Shown here piece by piece: positions 40,151 to 53,700 of a stretch of 64,000 nt of DNA; position 1 is the stretch's first letter, and every line of letters starts with the position of its first letter. The DNA is from Dethiobacter alkaliphilus (GTDB taxonomy: Bacteria; Bacillota; Dethiobacteria; DTU022; UBA8154). The position numbers and the translations under genes are program-made. Below the pieces are notes generated by a model, which saw nothing but the letters and a program-made list of their open reading frames with translations, did no database searches and had not been told where the DNA came from. The stretch covers positions 18,718 to 82,717 of the forward strand of contig JAENYV010000009.1 in NCBI GenBank assembly GCA_016841605.1, given 5' to 3'.

Positions 40151-40480
40151 TTACTTATCAATTAACTCCCCGCATCTTTTGCATGCCCTGGCTCGTTTCC
40201 CGCCGGTAAGTTCCTTGTGAGAAAGACGGGTGGGTTTCTGGCAGGAGGGGCAAATTACCATAACCTTAGAAGCATAAATAGGGGCTTCCGTTTCCCTTAT
40301 ACCCCCCTGGGGAACCTTCTGGGTTGGGCGAGCATGTTTTTTAATCATGTTAACGCCCTCGACCAGGACTTTATTTTTTTGGGGGAGAGCACTGATAACT
40401 TTTGCTTTACGACCCTTGTCTTTTCCGGAAAGTACCAGGACACGATCTCCTTTACGCACATGAAGCTTGGTCGCTGACAC
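40151..40480 (-). CDS. rplX: 50S ribosomal protein L24 (with C-terminal CxxC...CxxC extension)
   Basis: ...HVRKGDRVLVLSGKDKGRKAKV...VEGVNMIKKH...ICPSCQKPTRLS...CKRCGELIDK. Confidence 0.9.
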   Translation of the reverse strand: MSATKLHVRKGDRVLVLSGKDKGRKAKVISALPQKNKVLVEGVNMIKKHARPTQKVPQGGIRETEAPIYASKVMVICPSCQKPTRLSHKELTGGKRARACKRCGELIDK

Positions 40481-40517
40481 CTAGGTAACACCTCCTTACC
40501 CTCAACAATTATCTGCC

Positions 40518-40886
40518 CTAAAGTACCTCCGGGGCCAGGGAAACAATGCGCATAAAATCTCTTTCCCGCAGTTCCCGGGCAACGGGGCCAAAAATACGCG
40601 TGCCCCGAGGTGCTTTCTGATCATTAATAATTACCGCCGCATTTTCGTCAAAACGGATAAAAGTACCGTCATTTCTCCGATACCCCTTTTTAGTTCTGAC
40701 AATCACTGCGCGGACAACATCTCCCTTTCGAACAACTCCGCCGGGTATCGCTTCTTTAACAGAAGCCACCACAATATCTCCAATCCCGGCAAATTTGCGC
40801 CTTGATCCTCCCAAAACACGAATACACATAATCCGACGGGCCCCTGTGTTATCGGCAACTCTGAGCACTGACAGGTTTTGAATCAT
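40518..40886 (-). CDS. rplN: 50S ribosomal protein L14
   Basis: [28 protein letters not shown]...; SD aaaggagggg. Confidence 0.95.
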   Translation of the reverse strand: MIQNLSVLRVADNTGARRIMCIRVLGGSRRKFAGIGDIVVASVKEAIPGGVVRKGDVVRAVIVRTKKGYRRNDGTFIRFDENAAVIINDQKAPRGTRIFGPVARELRERDFMRIVSLAPEVL

Positions 40887-40909
40887 CAAGGCCCCTCCTT
40901 TCACGGCAA

Positions 40910-41167
40910 CTACAGTTCTGATTTTTCAAGGATTTCCACAAGCCGCCAGTTTTTATCCTTGCTTAGCGGTCTGGTTTCCATAATTTTAACTTTATCTCCA
41001 GCTCTGCACTTGTTGTCGGCATCGTGGACCTTATATTTGCTTGTTTTGCGAATTATTTTCCCATATAGGGGATGGCGGGTGGTTCTCTCCACAGCAACCA
41101 CAACAGTCTTATCCATTTTATCGCTGACTACTCGACCAACTCTTGTTTTTCGGCTGCCTCTTTCCAA
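40910..41167 (-). CDS. rpsQ: 30S ribosomal protein S17
   Basis: ...[39 protein letters not shown]... Confidence 0.95.
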   Translation of the reverse strand: MERGSRKTRVGRVVSDKMDKTVVVAVERTTRHPLYGKIIRKTSKYKVHDADNKCRAGDKVKIMETRPLSKDKNWRLVEILEKSEL

Positions 41168-41197
41168 ATCGATGCCTCCTTTCCGGTAACTTTAACT

Positions 41198-41395
41198 CTA
41201 AAGAGCCGACAGCTCTCTTTCACGCAAAACGGTTTTTATTCTGGCTATGCTCCTGCGAACATCCCCAAGCCTCATTGTATTCTCCTGCTGGCCCGTGGCC
41301 ATCTGAAAGCGCAAGTTAAATAGCTCCTCTTTCAGCTCCCGGATTTTATCCTGAAGCTCCTGATTGGAAAGCTCACGAATTTCGCTCACCTTCAC
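41198..41395 (-). CDS. rpmC: 50S ribosomal protein L29
   Basis: (M)[35 protein letters not shown]...; GTG start after SD aggtggtg preferred; the track ORF extends 12 nt further. Confidence 0.8.
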   Translation of the reverse strand: MKVSEIRELSNQELQDKIRELKEELFNLRFQMATGQQENTMRLGDVRRSIARIKTVLRERELSAL

Positions 41396-41819
41396 GGGCT
41401 TCACCACCTATTTCTTCTCTTTTCACAAATTTACATCTGATCGGTAACTTATGAGCAGCAAGGCGCATAGCTTCCCTGGCTATTTCCTCAGGAACACCGG
41501 CTAACTCAAACATGATACGCCCCGGTTTAACAACTGCAACCCAATATTCCGGTGACCCTTTTCCTTTACCCATACGGGTCTCAGCCGGTTTGGCAGTAAC
41601 AGGCTTATGAGGAAAAATTTTAATCCAGATCTTTCCTCCCCTTTTCACATACCTGGTCATGGCAATACGTGCCGCTTCAATCTGCTGACTGGTTATCCAG
41701 GCCGGTTGTAATGCCTGTAAGCCATACTGTCCGAAATCGATCTCCGTTCCACCTTTGGAAAGTCCTTTCATCCGGCCTCTCTGATGCCGGCGAAATTTAA
41801 CTCTTTTAGGAATAAGCAT
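41373..41819 (-). CDS. rplP: 50S ribosomal protein L16
   Basis: [30 protein letters not shown]... Confidence 0.95.
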   Translation of the reverse strand: MLIPKRVKFRRHQRGRMKGLSKGGTEIDFGQYGLQALQPAWITSQQIEAARIAMTRYVKRGGKIWIKIFPHKPVTAKPAETRMGKGKGSPEYWVAVVKPGRIMFELAGVPEEIAREAMRLAAHKLPIRCKFVKREEIGGEAREGERNS

Positions 41820-42492
41820 GTTTTACTTCGCCCTCCTTCGGTTTCTCCCCGGCCTGTTCCTTGGATTTCGGGAGGACTTCCCCTTTGTAAATCCATACCT
41901 TTACACCAATGCGACCATAGGTTGTATGTGCCTCGACAAAACCATAATCAATATTAGCCCTTAATGTTTGCAGGGGAACCGTCCCCTCATGAAACTTTTC
42001 CGTGCGAGCCATCTCTGCTCCGGCCAGACGCCCCTTGCAGATAATCTTAATCCCTTTTGCTCCTGCTCTCATCGTTCGAAAAATAGCCTGTTTCATAGCC
42101 CGGCGAAAAGCAATTCTTTTAACAAGCTGTTGAGCAATACTTTCCGCCACAAGATAGGCATCCATTTCCGGTGTCTTAATCTCCACAATGTTAATATGGA
42201 CTTTTTTCCCGGTCATTTTTTCCAAATCACGTCTTAACTTATCAACTCCGGAACCACCTTTACCAATGACCATCCCGGGCTTGGCGGTATGAATTGTCAC
42301 CCGCATATTGCTTGCTGCACGGCCGATTTCAATAGTCGATATTCCGGACCCATCCAGCTCTTTTTTAATAAATGACCTTACTTTTATATCTTCATGCAGC
42401 AGCTCTTTATATTCCTTCTCAGCGTACCAGCGGGAATCCCAATCCCGAATAATACCGATCCGGAAGCCAACGGGACTAATTTTTTGACCCAA
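41806..42492 (-). CDS. rpsC: 30S ribosomal protein S3
   Basis: [24 protein letters not shown]... Confidence 0.95.
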   Translation of the reverse strand: MGQKISPVGFRIGIIRDWDSRWYAEKEYKELLHEDIKVRSFIKKELDGSGISTIEIGRAASNMRVTIHTAKPGMVIGKGGSGVDKLRRDLEKMTGKKVHINIVEIKTPEMDAYLVAESIAQQLVKRIAFRRAMKQAIFRTMRAGAKGIKIICKGRLAGAEMARTEKFHEGTVPLQTLRANIDYGFVEAHTTYGRIGVKVWIYKGEVLPKSKEQAGEKPKEGEVKHAYS

Positions 42493-42495
42493 CGA

Positions 42496-42837
42496 TTATC
42501 CCTCCTCTCTTTCCCGCAACATGACAGTAATGTGACTGGTTCTCTTACGAATCCGTGACGCTCTCCCCTGCGCTCGCGGTCTAAATCTCTTGAGGGTAGG
42601 CCCTTCGTCGACATAAGCCTTGGAGATAACCAGCGTATCCCGGTTCATATCATTATTGTTCTCCGCATTAGCAATTGCGGAGCGAAGGACTTTTTCAATA
42701 ATTTTAGAACCCTTCCTGGGGGTATAACGTAAGATGCCCAAAGCTTCTTTTACACCTTTACCTCTAATGAGGTCCATTACTATCCTGGCTTTACGGGGAG
42801 CTATTCTGATAAACCTGGCTTGTGCTTTTGTTTCCAT
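42496..42837 (-). CDS. rplV: 50S ribosomal protein L22
   Basis: [27 protein letters not shown]... Confidence 0.95.
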   Translation of the reverse strand: METKAQARFIRIAPRKARIVMDLIRGKGVKEALGILRYTPRKGSKIIEKVLRSAIANAENNNDMNRDTLVISKAYVDEGPTLKRFRPRAQGRASRIRKRTSHITVMLREREEG

Positions 42838-42880
42838 GTTTGCAAAACCCCCTGTACCCTGTTCATTCTAAGGCCGGCTT

Positions 42881-43165
42881 TTACTTTAAAGATGTTGACC
42901 TTTCAGTATGGTGCCCATGTCCGCGAAATGTTCGCGTGGGGGCAAATTCCCCCAGTTTGTGACCGACCATATCTTCCGTTATATAGATGGGAACATGTTT
43001 TTTACCGTCATGGACAGCAATAGTATGTCCGACCATCTCAGGGAATATGGTAGAGCGACGGGACCACGTTTTAATTACCCGTTTATCCCCTGTAGAGTTC
43101 ATATTTTGAACTCTTGCCAGTAATCTTGAATCCGCAAAAGGTCCTTTTTTTAAAGAACGTCCCAT
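42881..43165 (-). CDS. rpsS: 30S ribosomal protein S19
   Basis: [16 protein letters not shown]...[34 protein letters not shown]. Confidence 0.95.
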   Translation of the reverse strand: MGRSLKKGPFADSRLLARVQNMNSTGDKRVIKTWSRRSTIFPEMVGHTIAVHDGKKHVPIYITEDMVGHKLGEFAPTRTFRGHGHHTERSTSLK

Positions 43166-43193
43166 TAAATCACCCCTTTATCTTTTACGGAAC

Positions 43194-44021
43194 TTACGAA
43201 CGTTTTTTCACAATATACTGATCAGATTTTTTCTTTTTAGCTCTTGTTTTATAGCCCAGTGTCGGTTTCCCCCAGGGTGTTACAGGGCTCTTACGTCCAA
43301 TGGGGGCTCTCCCCTCGCCTCCACCATGTGGGTGATCCACCGGATTCATAACCGAACCTCTTACCGTCGGTCTAATTCCCAACCAGCGTGAGCGACCTGC
43401 TTTTCCGATAGTAATATTTTCATGCTCAACGTTGCCTACCTGACCTACTGTTGCCTTGCAATTTACGGGAACCAGCCTCATTTCTCCCGAAGGGAGTCTA
43501 AGATTGGCATATTTCCCTTCTTTCGCCATCAGCTGAGCTACACCTCCGGCGGAGCGGACAATCTGCCCACCTTTTCCGGGAATCATCTCAATGTTATGCA
43601 CCAGAGTCCCGACGGGAATATTCTTTAATTGCAAAGCATTCCCCGGTCTGATCTCGGCCTCCGGGCCGGAACTAATTGTCATCCCCACACTCAATCCCAC
43701 AGGAGCAAGAATATACCGTTTTTCTCCATCAGCATAATGCAAAAGTGCAATGCGGGCGGACCTGTTCGGGTCATATTCAATCGCAGCAACCTTGGCTTGA
43801 ATACCGTCTTTATCCCTTTTAAAATCAATTATCCTGTATTTACGCTTGTGCCCCCCGCCCTGGTGCCGAACTGTAATCCTGCCTGCAGCATTGCGCCCGG
43901 CCTTTTTTTTCAACGGTTCCAACAGGGATTTTTCGGGCTCTTTTTTCGTAATCTCCTCAAAGCTGGAAACGGTCATAAAACGTTTCCCGGGCGAAGTAGG
44001 GACAAATTTTTTAACTGCCAC
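43194..44021 (-). CDS. rplB: 50S ribosomal protein L2
   Basis: 275 aa; ...[22 protein letters not shown]...[14 protein letters not shown]. Confidence 0.95.
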   Translation of the reverse strand: MAVKKFVPTSPGKRFMTVSSFEEITKKEPEKSLLEPLKKKAGRNAAGRITVRHQGGGHKRKYRIIDFKRDKDGIQAKVAAIEYDPNRSARIALLHYADGEKRYILAPVGLSVGMTISSGPEAEIRPGNALQLKNIPVGTLVHNIEMIPGKGGQIVRSAGGVAQLMAKEGKYANLRLPSGEMRLVPVNCKATVGQVGNVEHENITIGKAGRSRWLGIRPTVRGSVMNPVDHPHGGGEGRAPIGRKSPVTPWGKPTLGYKTRAKKKKSDQYIVKKRS

Positions 44022-44077
44022 TTCCTTTGACCTCCTTCCTCCAAAACATCATGAGCACGGACCTTCTTAGCCGGAAA

Positions 44078-44362
44078 CTATTCAAAAATCTCGATGGGTT
44101 TGCTTCCTTCCTTTAAGGTCACAATGGCTTTTTTACGATCCGGTTTATAACCTCGATGAATACCGACTCTTTTCGGTTTTCCGCTGACGTTTACGGTATT
44201 GACGGCCTTAACCTTGACACCGAAAAGATCTTCTACCGCTTTTCTAATCTCAATTTTGTTGGCTCTTTTGTCAACCACGAAAACATACTTATTCTGTTCC
44301 ATTAAATGTGTCGCTTTTTCTGTCACCAGCGGTTTAAAAATAATATCCCGCGGATCTTTCAT
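44078..44362 (-). CDS. rplW: 50S ribosomal protein L23
   Basis: [18 protein letters not shown]... Confidence 0.95.
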   Translation of the reverse strand: MKDPRDIIFKPLVTEKATHLMEQNKYVFVVDKRANKIEIRKAVEDLFGVKVKAVNTVNVSGKPKRVGIHRGYKPDRKKAIVTLKEGSKPIEIFE

Positions 44363-44985
44363 GAAGCGAACACCTCCTCAACTGCTGCTACAGCGTCCTT
44401 CGTCAGAATCAACCGGTCATGGTTAAGAATATCCAGCACATTAATCTGACTGGCCAGGACCGACTTAACACCGGGAATGTTACGGCTGGATCTGTAAACG
44501 TTCACATCGGGCTTAGCAGTAATTAACAGAACCTTTCCCCGCGCGTTGAGATTGTCGATCAGGCGGACTACCTCCCGGGTTTTAGGTTCAGGTAACTGTA
44601 ACCCATCCAGAACCGTAAGCTGTTCTTTCTTTAATTTCGAAGTAAGCGCAGAATAGAGCGCTGCCCGCCGCATCTTTTTGGGAAGCTGGTACCTGTAACT
44701 GCGAGGTTTAGGCCCAAAAGCAATCCCGCCTCCCCGCCAAATGGGAGAGCGAGTGCTACCGTGGCGTGCCCGCCCTGTTCCTTTCTGACGCCAGGGCTTT
44801 TTTCCTCCGCCCTGGACTTCTCCTTTGTCCTTTGTGCTGGCAGTACCTCTGCGGCGGTTAGCGAGGAGCATCTGAGCCACATCAAAAAGTAGATGTTCCT
44901 TTACTTCGGCATCAAAGATAACCGGGTTTAGTTCCAGTTCACCGACCCGTTCTCCCTCCATGTTGAAGACATCCACTGTGGGCAT
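44359..44985 (-). CDS. rplD: 50S ribosomal protein L4
   Basis: 208 aa; ...[35 protein letters not shown]... Confidence 0.95.
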   Translation of the reverse strand: MPTVDVFNMEGERVGELELNPVIFDAEVKEHLLFDVAQMLLANRRRGTASTKDKGEVQGGGKKPWRQKGTGRARHGSTRSPIWRGGGIAFGPKPRSYRYQLPKKMRRAALYSALTSKLKKEQLTVLDGLQLPEPKTREVVRLIDNLNARGKVLLITAKPDVNVYRSSRNIPGVKSVLASQINVLDILNHDRLILTKDAVAAVEEVFAS

Positions 44986-45005
44986 TGCGCTTATTGCCCC
45001 CTTTC

Positions 45006-45635
45006 TTAACTAACTTTAACGGAATTTTTTACCATTAAAAGGCCGCCCCGCGGACCGGGAACTGCTCCTTTTATCAGTAAAATGTTCTGCTCGGGATCTG
45101 CTTTAATAACCTGTAATTTCTGGACAGTTACTCTTTCTCCGCCCATCCGTCCAGGAAGAGTTTGCCCCTTGAAAACCCTGGCGGCATCAACACCTCCGAG
45201 TGAACCCGGTCCCCTGTGATAACGCGAACCATGGCTCATAGGCCCTCTACTCTGTCCATGACGTTTGATTGAACCGGCAAACCCCTTACCCTTGGAAACT
45301 CCTGTGACATCAACAAATTCACCTTCTGCAAAGATATCCGCCTTAATTTCCTGTCCTACTTCATATTCAGCGGTACTGTCAAGACGCAGTTCCCTGATAT
45401 ATTTTAGCGGTTTTACACCTGCTTTTTTAAAATGCCCCCGCTGGGGATTATTCAGACGGTTTTCTTTGGCCGGCTTGAAACCCACCTGCAGAGCCTGATA
45501 ACCTTCTTTGTCGGGATCCCGTCTGCTAATAACAGTGCAGGGACCTGCTTCCAGGATTGTTACGGGAATGGAACGGCCTGCTTCATCATATATCTGAGTC
45601 ATGCCGACTTTTCTAGCTAAAATGCCTTTGTTCAT
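45006..45635 (-). CDS. rplC: 50S ribosomal protein L3
   Basis: MNKGILARKVGMTQIYDEAGRSIPVTILEAGPC... Confidence 0.95.
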   Translation of the reverse strand: MNKGILARKVGMTQIYDEAGRSIPVTILEAGPCTVISRRDPDKEGYQALQVGFKPAKENRLNNPQRGHFKKAGVKPLKYIRELRLDSTAEYEVGQEIKADIFAEGEFVDVTGVSKGKGFAGSIKRHGQSRGPMSHGSRYHRGPGSLGGVDAARVFKGQTLPGRMGGERVTVQKLQVIKADPEQNILLIKGAVPGPRGGLLMVKNSVKVS

Positions 45636-45660
45636 CTTTTACCCCCCTTCCACGGAAATC

Positions 45661-45969
45661 TTAAAGTTTAATCTCGATATCGACACCGGCAGGTAAATCC
45701 AGTCTCATCAAAGCATCCACAGTACCCGGGGTCGGATCAATAATATCAATAAGCCGTTTATGTGTACGCATCTCAAACTGTTCCCGTGAATCCTTATATT
45801 TGTGAGGAGCCCGGATAACGGTATAAATGGTTTTCTCCGTGGGAAGCGGTACGGGACCCGAAACGGAAGCTCCTGTCCGACTGGCCGTATCCACAATTTT
45901 TCTGGCAGATTGATCCAGAAGTTCATGATCAAAAGCTTTTAATCGGATACGAATTTTTTGGTTTGGCAT
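45661..45969 (-). CDS. rpsJ: 30S ribosomal protein S10
   Basis: [29 protein letters not shown]...; start at the ATG after SD gaggaggag (track ORF carries a long spurious extension). Confidence 0.95.
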   Translation of the reverse strand: MPNQKIRIRLKAFDHELLDQSARKIVDTASRTGASVSGPVPLPTEKTIYTVIRAPHKYKDSREQFEMRTHKRLIDIIDPTPGTVDALMRLDLPAGVDIEIKL

Positions 45970-46071
45970 TTTTCTCCTCCTCAGCGTCTGATTACTTGGC
46001 ACAGACTGCTCCACAGAAATTCCCCGCCTGCTTAAGGCGGCAACCTTCTCTTTCATCGCTGGTCGCTTTTT

Positions 46072-47274
46072 TTACTCAATAATGGAAGTAACGACTCCCG
46101 CGCCCACTGTCCGGCCGCCTTCCCGAATAGCAAAGCGCAACCCTTCTTCCGTGGCAATGGTTGTGATCAGCTCAATGACCATGTTGACATTGTCTCCCGG
46201 CATGACCATTTCCACACCTTCGGGAAGAGTGATGTTACCCGTTACATCTGTGGTACGAAAATAAAACTGCGGCCGGTATCCCTGGAAAAAGGGAGTATGC
46301 CTGCCACCCTCTTCTTTTTTCAGAACATATACCTCCGCATTAAATTTTTTGTGCGGCTTGATGCTGCCCGGCTTGGCTAATACCTGGCCGCGCTCGATCT
46401 CTTCGCGGTCAATACCCCGCAGCAGAACACCAATGTTATCGCCCGCTTCGGCTTCATCCATGGTTTTACGAAACATTTCCACTCCGGTAGCAACCGTTTT
46501 GCGCGGACGCTCACTAAAACCGACAATCTCTACCTCATCCGTCACGTGAATAACACCGCGTTCTACCCGCCCCGTGGCAACGGTGCCGCGACCGGTAATC
46601 GTAAATACGTCTTCCACAGGCATCAGGAAAGGCTTATCCTTGTCGCGCTCAGGAGTCGGAATATAGGCATCAATAGCTTCCATTAATTCCCAGACAACTT
46701 TACAGTTCGGGCAGTCTTTTGCTCCACAACCACATTCCATAGCTTTCAGTGCGGAACCCGTTACGATAGGTATATCGTCACCGGGAAATTCATAGATGTT
46801 TAACAGATCCCGAACTTCCATTTCAACCAGTTCCAATAATTCAGGATCGTCAACCTGGTCCGCTTTATTTAAAAAGACGACTATATAGGGAACCCCAACC
46901 TGACGAGCCAAAACAATGTGTTCCCTGGTCTGCGGCATCGGTCCGTCCGCAGCTGAAACGACCAAAATGGCACCGTCCATCTGGGCCGCACCGGTAATCA
47001 TGTTCTTAACATAGTCGGCATGCCCCGGACAGTCCACGTGGGCATAGTGCCGATTATCAGTTTCATATTCCACGTGCGCCGTGGCAATGGTAATACCGCG
47101 CTCCCGCTCTTCCGGCGCTTTGTCAATGGCATCAAAATCCATCCGGGACGCTAATCCTTGCGAAGCTAAACAGTAGGTAATCGCCGATGTTAAAGTCGTT
47201 TTCCCATGGTCCACATGCCCAATAGTCCCGACGTTAACATGCGGTTTGGTTCGCTCAAACTTCTTCTTGGCCAT
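46072..47274 (-). CDS. tuf: Elongation factor Tu (copy 1)
   Basis: 400 aa; [11 protein letters not shown]...DCPGHADY...NKADQVDD. Confidence 0.98.
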   Translation of the reverse strand: MAKKKFERTKPHVNVGTIGHVDHGKTTLTSAITYCLASQGLASRMDFDAIDKAPEERERGITIATAHVEYETDNRHYAHVDCPGHADYVKNMITGAAQMDGAILVVSAADGPMPQTREHIVLARQVGVPYIVVFLNKADQVDDPELLELVEMEVRDLLNIYEFPGDDIPIVTGSALKAMECGCGAKDCPNCKVVWELMEAIDAYIPTPERDKDKPFLMPVEDVFTITGRGTVATGRVERGVIHVTDEVEIVGFSERPRKTVATGVEMFRKTMDEAEAGDNIGVLLRGIDREEIERGQVLAKPGSIKPHKKFNAEVYVLKKEEGGRHTPFFQGYRPQFYFRTTDVTGNITLPEGVEMVMPGDNVNMVIELITTIATEEGLRFAIREGGRTVGAGVVTSIIE

Positions 47275-47300
47275 ATTTCTAGTACCTCCTTAATATTTTT

Positions 47301-49364
47301 TCAGGCAAGTGTCTTACTCATAATTTTTTCCGCTAAATGAGGTGGAAGATGGAAATAATGAGAAAACTCCATGGAAAAAGTACCCCGTCCCTGGGTATGT
47401 GAGCGTAAATCAGTCGCATACCCGAATAGTTCCGAAAGAGGAACAAAACCTCGTATAACCTGACTGCCCCCTTTGGGTTCAATCCCCTCAATTTTACCGC
47501 GGCGAGCGTTAACATCGCCAATCACTTCACCCATATATTCTTCGGGAACAATGATCTCCACTTTCATGATAGGTTCCAGCAGTACGGGCTTTGCCAGAGA
47601 CATAGCTTTCTTAAAAGCTTGAGACCCGGCAATTTTAAAGGCCATTTCCGAGGAATCAACCTCATGAAAAGAACCATCCAACAGGATAGCTTTAATATCG
47701 ATAACCTGGTAACCGGAAAGAACACCGCTGGAAAGGGCTTCTTTTACACCTTCCTGCACGGCAGGTATATATTCTTTCGGTATTGTTCCCCCGGTAATAC
47801 GATCCTCAAAAACAAAGCCGCTTCCTCTCTCCAGGGGTTCCAGTCCAAGGACAACATGCCCGTATTGACCGCGTCCACCCGACTGTCGCACAAATTTTCC
47901 TTCAGCCCGGGCTCCGTTTAAAATCGTCTCTTTATAGGATACCTGGGGACGGCCGACATTGGCGCTAACGTGAAATTCCCGCATGAGACGGTCCACGATA
48001 ATTTCCAGGTGAAGTTCACCCATCCCGTTAATAATTGTCTGGCCGGTCTCTTCATTTAAACTGGCATAAAAAGTCGGATCCTCTTCAGCAAGTTTCTGCA
48101 ATGAAATAGACATTTTATCCTGATCAGCCCGCGTTTTCGGTTCAATAGCAATAGCAATAACAGGCTCGGGAAATTTAATGTTTTCCAGAATAATGGGTGC
48201 ATCTTCGGAACAAAGCGTATCACCTGTCGCGGTCTTTTTTGTTCCTACCATGGCCACAATATCTCCCGCCGAGGCAAAGGGAAGTTCTTCCCTGTGGTTG
48301 GCATGCATACGCAAAATTCTCCCGATGCGCTCCCTTACTTTTTTCCGAGGATTATAAAGATAAGAACCGCTGGAAACTGTTCCTGAATAAATGCGGACAA
48401 AAGCCAGCCTTCCCACATACGGATCCGTCATAATTTTAAAAGCAATGGAGGCAAAAGGCCCTTTTTCATCCGCCTCGCGACTTTCTTCTTCTTCGCCTTT
48501 TACGCTTAATCCCGTGACAGGCGGAACTTCCAGAGGAGAGGGAAGATAATAAACTACAGCGTCCATAAGCGGCTGTACTCCCTTGTTCCGGTAGGAAGAA
48601 CCACATAAAACAGGAACATAGTTGTGCTTGATCGTAGCTGTGCGCAGCGCTTTGCGTATCTCATCCTCCGAAATATTTAGGCCTTCCAAATATTTCTCCA
48701 TAATTCCTTCATCAACTTCCGCCAGGGATTCCAGCATCTTATCCCTGTAGCGTTCAGCCAGTTCCGACATTTCCGGAGGAATCTCGGTTTCATCGCTCCT
48801 GGTTCCCAAATCGTCAAGATAAACAAAAGATTTAAAACGGACCAGGTCGACAAAACCTTGAAAAGTATCCTCCGAGCCAATAGGAATCTGGACGGGAATA
48901 ACATTCGCTTTAAGTCTGGCGCGCATCATGCGTAAAACATTAAAAAAATCAGCCCCCGCGATATCCATCTTGTTAACGTAAGCAATCCGTGGAACAGCAT
49001 ATTTATCCGCCTGGCGCCAGACCGTTTCCGACTGTGGCTCAACACCTTCTTTGGCACAAAAAATGCCGATCGCACCATCCAGGACCCTCAAGGACCGTTC
49101 TACTTCCACAGTAAAGTCCACGTGTCCTGGTGTATCTATAATGTTAATAATCGCACCTTTCCACTGGCAGGTGGTAGCAGCAGAGGTAATCGTTATTCCT
49201 CTTTCCTGTTCCTGTATCATCCAGTCCATTGTAGCCGCACCGTCGTGCACCTCACCCAGCTTGTGAACTTTTCCGGTATAGAAAAGCATTCGCTCGGTAG
49301 TCGTGGTTTTACCACCGTCGATATGGGCGATTATTCCTATGTTTCTTACTTGAGTTAAATCCAT
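47301..49364 (-). CDS. fusA: Elongation factor G
   Basis: 687 aa; [19 protein letters not shown]... Confidence 0.98.
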   Translation of the reverse strand: MDLTQVRNIGIIAHIDGGKTTTTERMLFYTGKVHKLGEVHDGAATMDWMIQEQERGITITSAATTCQWKGAIINIIDTPGHVDFTVEVERSLRVLDGAIGIFCAKEGVEPQSETVWRQADKYAVPRIAYVNKMDIAGADFFNVLRMMRARLKANVIPVQIPIGSEDTFQGFVDLVRFKSFVYLDDLGTRSDETEIPPEMSELAERYRDKMLESLAEVDEGIMEKYLEGLNISEDEIRKALRTATIKHNYVPVLCGSSYRNKGVQPLMDAVVYYLPSPLEVPPVTGLSVKGEEEESREADEKGPFASIAFKIMTDPYVGRLAFVRIYSGTVSSGSYLYNPRKKVRERIGRILRMHANHREELPFASAGDIVAMVGTKKTATGDTLCSEDAPIILENIKFPEPVIAIAIEPKTRADQDKMSISLQKLAEEDPTFYASLNEETGQTIINGMGELHLEIIVDRLMREFHVSANVGRPQVSYKETILNGARAEGKFVRQSGGRGQYGHVVLGLEPLERGSGFVFEDRITGGTIPKEYIPAVQEGVKEALSSGVLSGYQVIDIKAILLDGSFHEVDSSEMAFKIAGSQAFKKAMSLAKPVLLEPIMKVEIIVPEEYMGEVIGDVNARRGKIEGIEPKGGSQVIRGFVPLSELFGYATDLRSHTQGRGTFSMEFSHYFHLPPHLAEKIMSKTLA

Positions 49365-49411
49365 ATACGACCCTCCTTTTCCCAGGTGCTCGGCGAATCA
49401 GGCTAAAACGG

Positions 49412-49882
49412 CTACCAGCGATAATGTGCAAAAGCTCTGTTGGATTCGGCCATTTTATGCGTATCTTCTTTCTTCTTAATCGTAACACCGGTATTATTTG
49501 CTGCGTCCAGCAGCTCGCCGGCCAGCCTCTGGGCCATAGTCTTTTCTCCGCGTTTCCTGGCATTATTCACCGTCCAGCGAATAGCGAGGATTAGTTTCCG
49601 CTGAGTGCTGACTTCCACCGGAACCTGATAAGTCGCCCCGCCGACACGTCGCGGTTTAACTTCCAAAACAGGTGAAACATTGCGAATCGCTGTTTCAAAT
49701 ACTTCCAAAGGATCCTTTCCGGATTTTTCTTTAAGAATGTCAAAAGCATCATAAAGAATCGACCGGGCCACGCCCTTATTTCCATCAAACATCAATTTAT
49801 TAACAAAACGGGAGACAAGGACACTGTTATAAAGCGGATCCGGCAGAATTTCTCTTTTCGATATAAAACCTTTTCTCGGCAA
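49412..49882 (-). CDS. rpsG: 30S ribosomal protein S7
   Basis: [31 protein letters not shown]... Confidence 0.95.
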   Translation of the reverse strand: MPRKGFISKREILPDPLYNSVLVSRFVNKLMFDGNKGVARSILYDAFDILKEKSGKDPLEVFETAIRNVSPVLEVKPRRVGGATYQVPVEVSTQRKLILAIRWTVNNARKRGEKTMAQRLAGELLDAANNTGVTIKKKEDTHKMAESNRAFAHYRW

Positions 49883-49933
49883 GCAATATCCCTCCTCTCA
49901 AGCTCTTGCTCAGTACTCTGTCGTATATTAATA

Positions 49934-50311
49934 TTAGGCCTTCGGCCTTTTTGTTCCGTATTTGGAACGCCCTTGCTTTCTTTTCTCTACCCCTGCAGCA
50001 TCAAGAGCTCCTCTGATAAGATGGTATCTTACGCCGGGCAAATCCTTAACGCGGCCTCCCCTTACCAATACCACGGAGTGTTCCTGAAGATTATGACCGA
50101 TACCTGGAATATAGGCGGTAACTTCGGTCCCGTTGGTTAAACGTACCCTGGCTATCTTCCGCAAAGCTGAATTCGGTTTTTTGGGAGTAGTAGTGGAAAC
50201 CCTGGTGCAGACGCCTCTTTTTTGCGGAGATCCTTCCAACGCCGGGGCAGTAGATTTTTTGATCACCTTGCTTCTGTTTTTCCTTACAAGCTGACTCAGT
50301 GTGGGCACCAT
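49934..50311 (-). CDS. rpsL: 30S ribosomal protein S12
   Basis: ...[11 protein letters not shown]...[10 protein letters not shown]...[20 protein letters not shown]... Confidence 0.95.
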   Translation of the reverse strand: MVPTLSQLVRKNRSKVIKKSTAPALEGSPQKRGVCTRVSTTTPKKPNSALRKIARVRLTNGTEVTAYIPGIGHNLQEHSVVLVRGGRVKDLPGVRYHLIRGALDAAGVEKRKQGRSKYGTKRPKA

Positions 50312-50335
50312 TGCACCTCCCTTCTATTTTTGGTT

Positions 50336-50587
50336 TTATTCTGTCAGGATAGCCGCCATCGCGGCTCCTACCTTAATATTACAGGCTTTCCCAAGTTCTA
50401 CCATTGTATCAACATAAAAGAGTGGGATATCTTTTTCCATACAATAACGTATTGCAGGAGAAGTTACTTTATCTTCCGCATCCCTGGCAATATAGACAGC
50501 CAGGGCCGTATTGTTCTCGATGGCCTTAATGGTCTGCCGCATCCCTGCAATTACCTTTCCGGCTTTCTTCAGCTCTTCCAGTGCCAC
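50336..50587 (-). CDS. L7Ae-family ribosome-associated protein (YbxF-like)
   Basis: 83 aa; sits between rpoC and rpsL as in Bacillus/Clostridia. Confidence 0.75.
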   Translation of the reverse strand: MALEELKKAGKVIAGMRQTIKAIENNTALAVYIARDAEDKVTSPAIRYCMEKDIPLFYVDTMVELGKACNIKVGAAMAAILTE

Positions 50588-50765
50588 TTTAAAGAATCAC
50601 CTGCTCCTTCTTGCAGATTCATCGCTGGTTTATCTTAAAACAAGCACACTTTGCTATTTTAGCACCGTAGATAATAAATGTCAATTAAAAAACTCAAAAA
50701 GGTGCAAACGGAGGATCCTACTATAACAAAAGCTTCGCCCCTCCGTTGCACCTTTTGTTTTTGTG

Positions 50766-53700
50766 TTAATTGTCGTCGGAAGAATGAAAGAAATCTCCCG
50801 GAGAATTTTCCTTTGCGGCAGTCATTAATGAATCACTGTTTTGTAAGCTGTTTGACTCGTTCTTTTCTACTTCATTTTCTTCCGTATCGGGTGTAATCTC
50901 TTCATTCATTTCCAGTCCTCCGGCGTGAAGAAGTTCATGGGCACTCATTTTATTATCCTGTAACATTTCACCATCATCTTCATCGGCAAAATCTACCGGT
51001 AAGACCGAATCGTAAGAAAGGGGATTCCCTTCCTCTTCCGTATCCGGTTGAACAACACGTATATTCCTGTAACGTGACATCCCCGTTCCGGCCGGGATTA
51101 ATTTTCCAATAATAACGTTCTCCTTTAATCCCAAGAGAGGATCCACTTTACCCTTAATGGATGCCTCGGTTAAAACCCGGGTCGTCTCCTGGAAGGAAGC
51201 TGCGGAAAGGAAAGAATCCGTAGCCAGGGAGGCCTTGGTAATTCCTAAAAGAACAGGACGTCCGACGGCAGGTTTTCCTCCCATTTCCACGATTTTACGG
51301 TTGACCTCTTCCACGATAAAGCTATCTTCCATGCTCCCGGGCAAAAGATCCGTATCTCCGGCATCTTCAATTTTTACTTTTTTCATCATCTGACGGATCA
51401 TAACCTCAATATGCTTATCGTTAATATCCACTCCTTGCAGCCGGTAAACCTTTTGCACTTCCTGCAGAAGATAGAGCTGGACTCCTCTAATCCCTTTTAC
51501 CTTGAGAAGATCATGGGGGTTAACGGAACCTTCGGTCATTTCCTGTCCCGCCTCGACAGAATCATTATCTTTAACTTTTAATCTCGCCCCGTACGGAACC
51601 TGATAATTTTTCACTTCCCCGTGCGAAGACTGTACTTTGATTTCTCTCTTACTGCGAGCTTCCCGCATCTCAACTTGTCCGGTAATTTCGCTGATGAGAG
51701 CCTGCCCTTTAGGCTTACGAGCTTCAAAAAGTTCTTCCACCCTGGGCAAACCCTGAGTAATATCATCACCGGCAACCCCCCCGGTATGAAAAGTACGCAT
51801 GGTAAGCTGGGTTCCCGGTTCACCGATTGACTGAGCAGCAATAATGCCGACCGCTTCGCCGACTTCTACAAGATTTCCTGTGGCCAAATTCCTCCCGTAA
51901 CATTTAATACAAACTCCAAAACGGGATTTACAGGTAAGAACAGAGCGAATATTAACCTCCTTAATCCCCGCGCCAACAATATTTTGAGCTATTTCTTCAT
52001 TTATAAGTTCATCTGCCTGGACCAAAATCTCGCCGCTTTCAGGATGCAGAATATCTTCCAGGGCAAAACGACCAACAATACGCTCAATTAAATGTTCAAT
52101 AACATCATCACTTACATCTTCTTCGCTATCCTTCAGCTCACCAACAGTAATGCCCTGCATTGTCCCGCAATCCAAATCCCTGACAATAACATCCTGGGCC
52201 ACATCAACAAGACGACGGGTCAGATAGCCGGAATCAGCTGTTTTCAGGGCTGTATCCGCCAAACCTTTACGGGCACCGTGAGTGGAAATAAAGTATTCCA
52301 ACACCGTCAAGCCCTCACGGAAATTGGCTTTAATGGGAAGATCGATGATTCTTCCCGTCGGGTCTGCCATTAACCCCCGGATACCTGCCAGCTGTGTTAT
52401 CTGGGACTCATTTCCACGGGCACCTGACTGTGACATCATATAAATAGGATTGAACCTGTCAAATCCGCTCATCAGGTTTGATGAAATGGTATCTTTGGCT
52501 TTTTGCCAGATGGAGATAACCCGGTCATAACGTTCGTCAGAAGTAATAAAGCCTCGCCGGTACTGCTTCTCGATCTCTTCAACCTGCTTATCAGCTTCGG
52601 CAAGAGTATCCTTTTTCGTCCCGGGAACAACAATATCGTCAATCCCGATCGTTACCCCGGCAACGGTAGCATAGCTGAAGCCGAGTTTTTTAATATCATC
52701 GAGTATTTCTGCTGTTTTTGTATTCCCATATTTACGGTAACAAAGAGCAATAAGCTGGCCCATAAAATTTTTCTTAAGCGGTTTATTGGGAGAAAGCTCG
52801 GGCAGCCGTTTCCAGAGCAGTGTTGGTCTGCACTCCCCTCGAAAAGCGAAATAACCGTCCTGTAAAGGATTCTTCGTATCGGCATGATTGATATAAGGAA
52901 AGTCCTGGGGAAAAATATCGTTAAAGATAAGCTTGCCGGGAGTTGTGATCAGATATTTTTTCTCTTTTCTATCCGGATACAGATTGCTCTTCGTAGAATC
53001 GGTTATATCTACTACTATCCGGGCCTGTAGTTCAATATGACCCTGATGATAAGCCAGGACAGCTTCGGCCGCATTAAGATAAAAACCGCCCTCTCCCCTG
53101 GCTCCGTCTTTTTCAATCGTCAGATAGTAAATCCCTAAAACCATATCCTGAGTCGGAGCGACAACAGGATTTCCGTCCTTGGGGTTCAAAAGGTTATTGG
53201 CGGAGAGCATCAAAATACGCGCCTCTGCTTGAGCTTCAGCGGAAAGGGGTACGTGCACAGCCATCTGGTCTCCATCAAAGTCTGCGTTATAGGCCGCACA
53301 AACCAGCGGATGGATCTTTATCGCCTTCCCCTCTACAAGAATCGGTTCAAAAGCCTGAATACCCAAGCGGTGAAGAGTCGGAGCGCGGTTTAAAAGAACC
53401 GGGTGATCTTTGATCACCTCTTCCACAACATCCCAGACTTCCGGACGAACTTTCTCTACCATCCGCTTTGCACTTTTAATATTGTGTGCATGGCCGTCTT
53501 TAACCAATTTACGCATGACAAAAGGTTTAAAGAGTTCCAAGGCCATTTCTTTGGGAAGACCGCACTGATACAATTTCAACTCCGGCCCCACCACAATAAC
53601 GGAACGACCGGAATAATCCACCCGCTTGCCCAGGAGGTTCTGGCGGAATCTACCCTGCTTACCTTTCAGCATATCACTGAGCGATTTAAGGGGACGGTTT

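Noticed and set aside
45970-46071. Possible attenuator hairpin in the tuf-rpsJ (S10 leader) spacer
   Set aside because: The stem is short (5 bp) and the U-tract is weak, so no confident call can be made.
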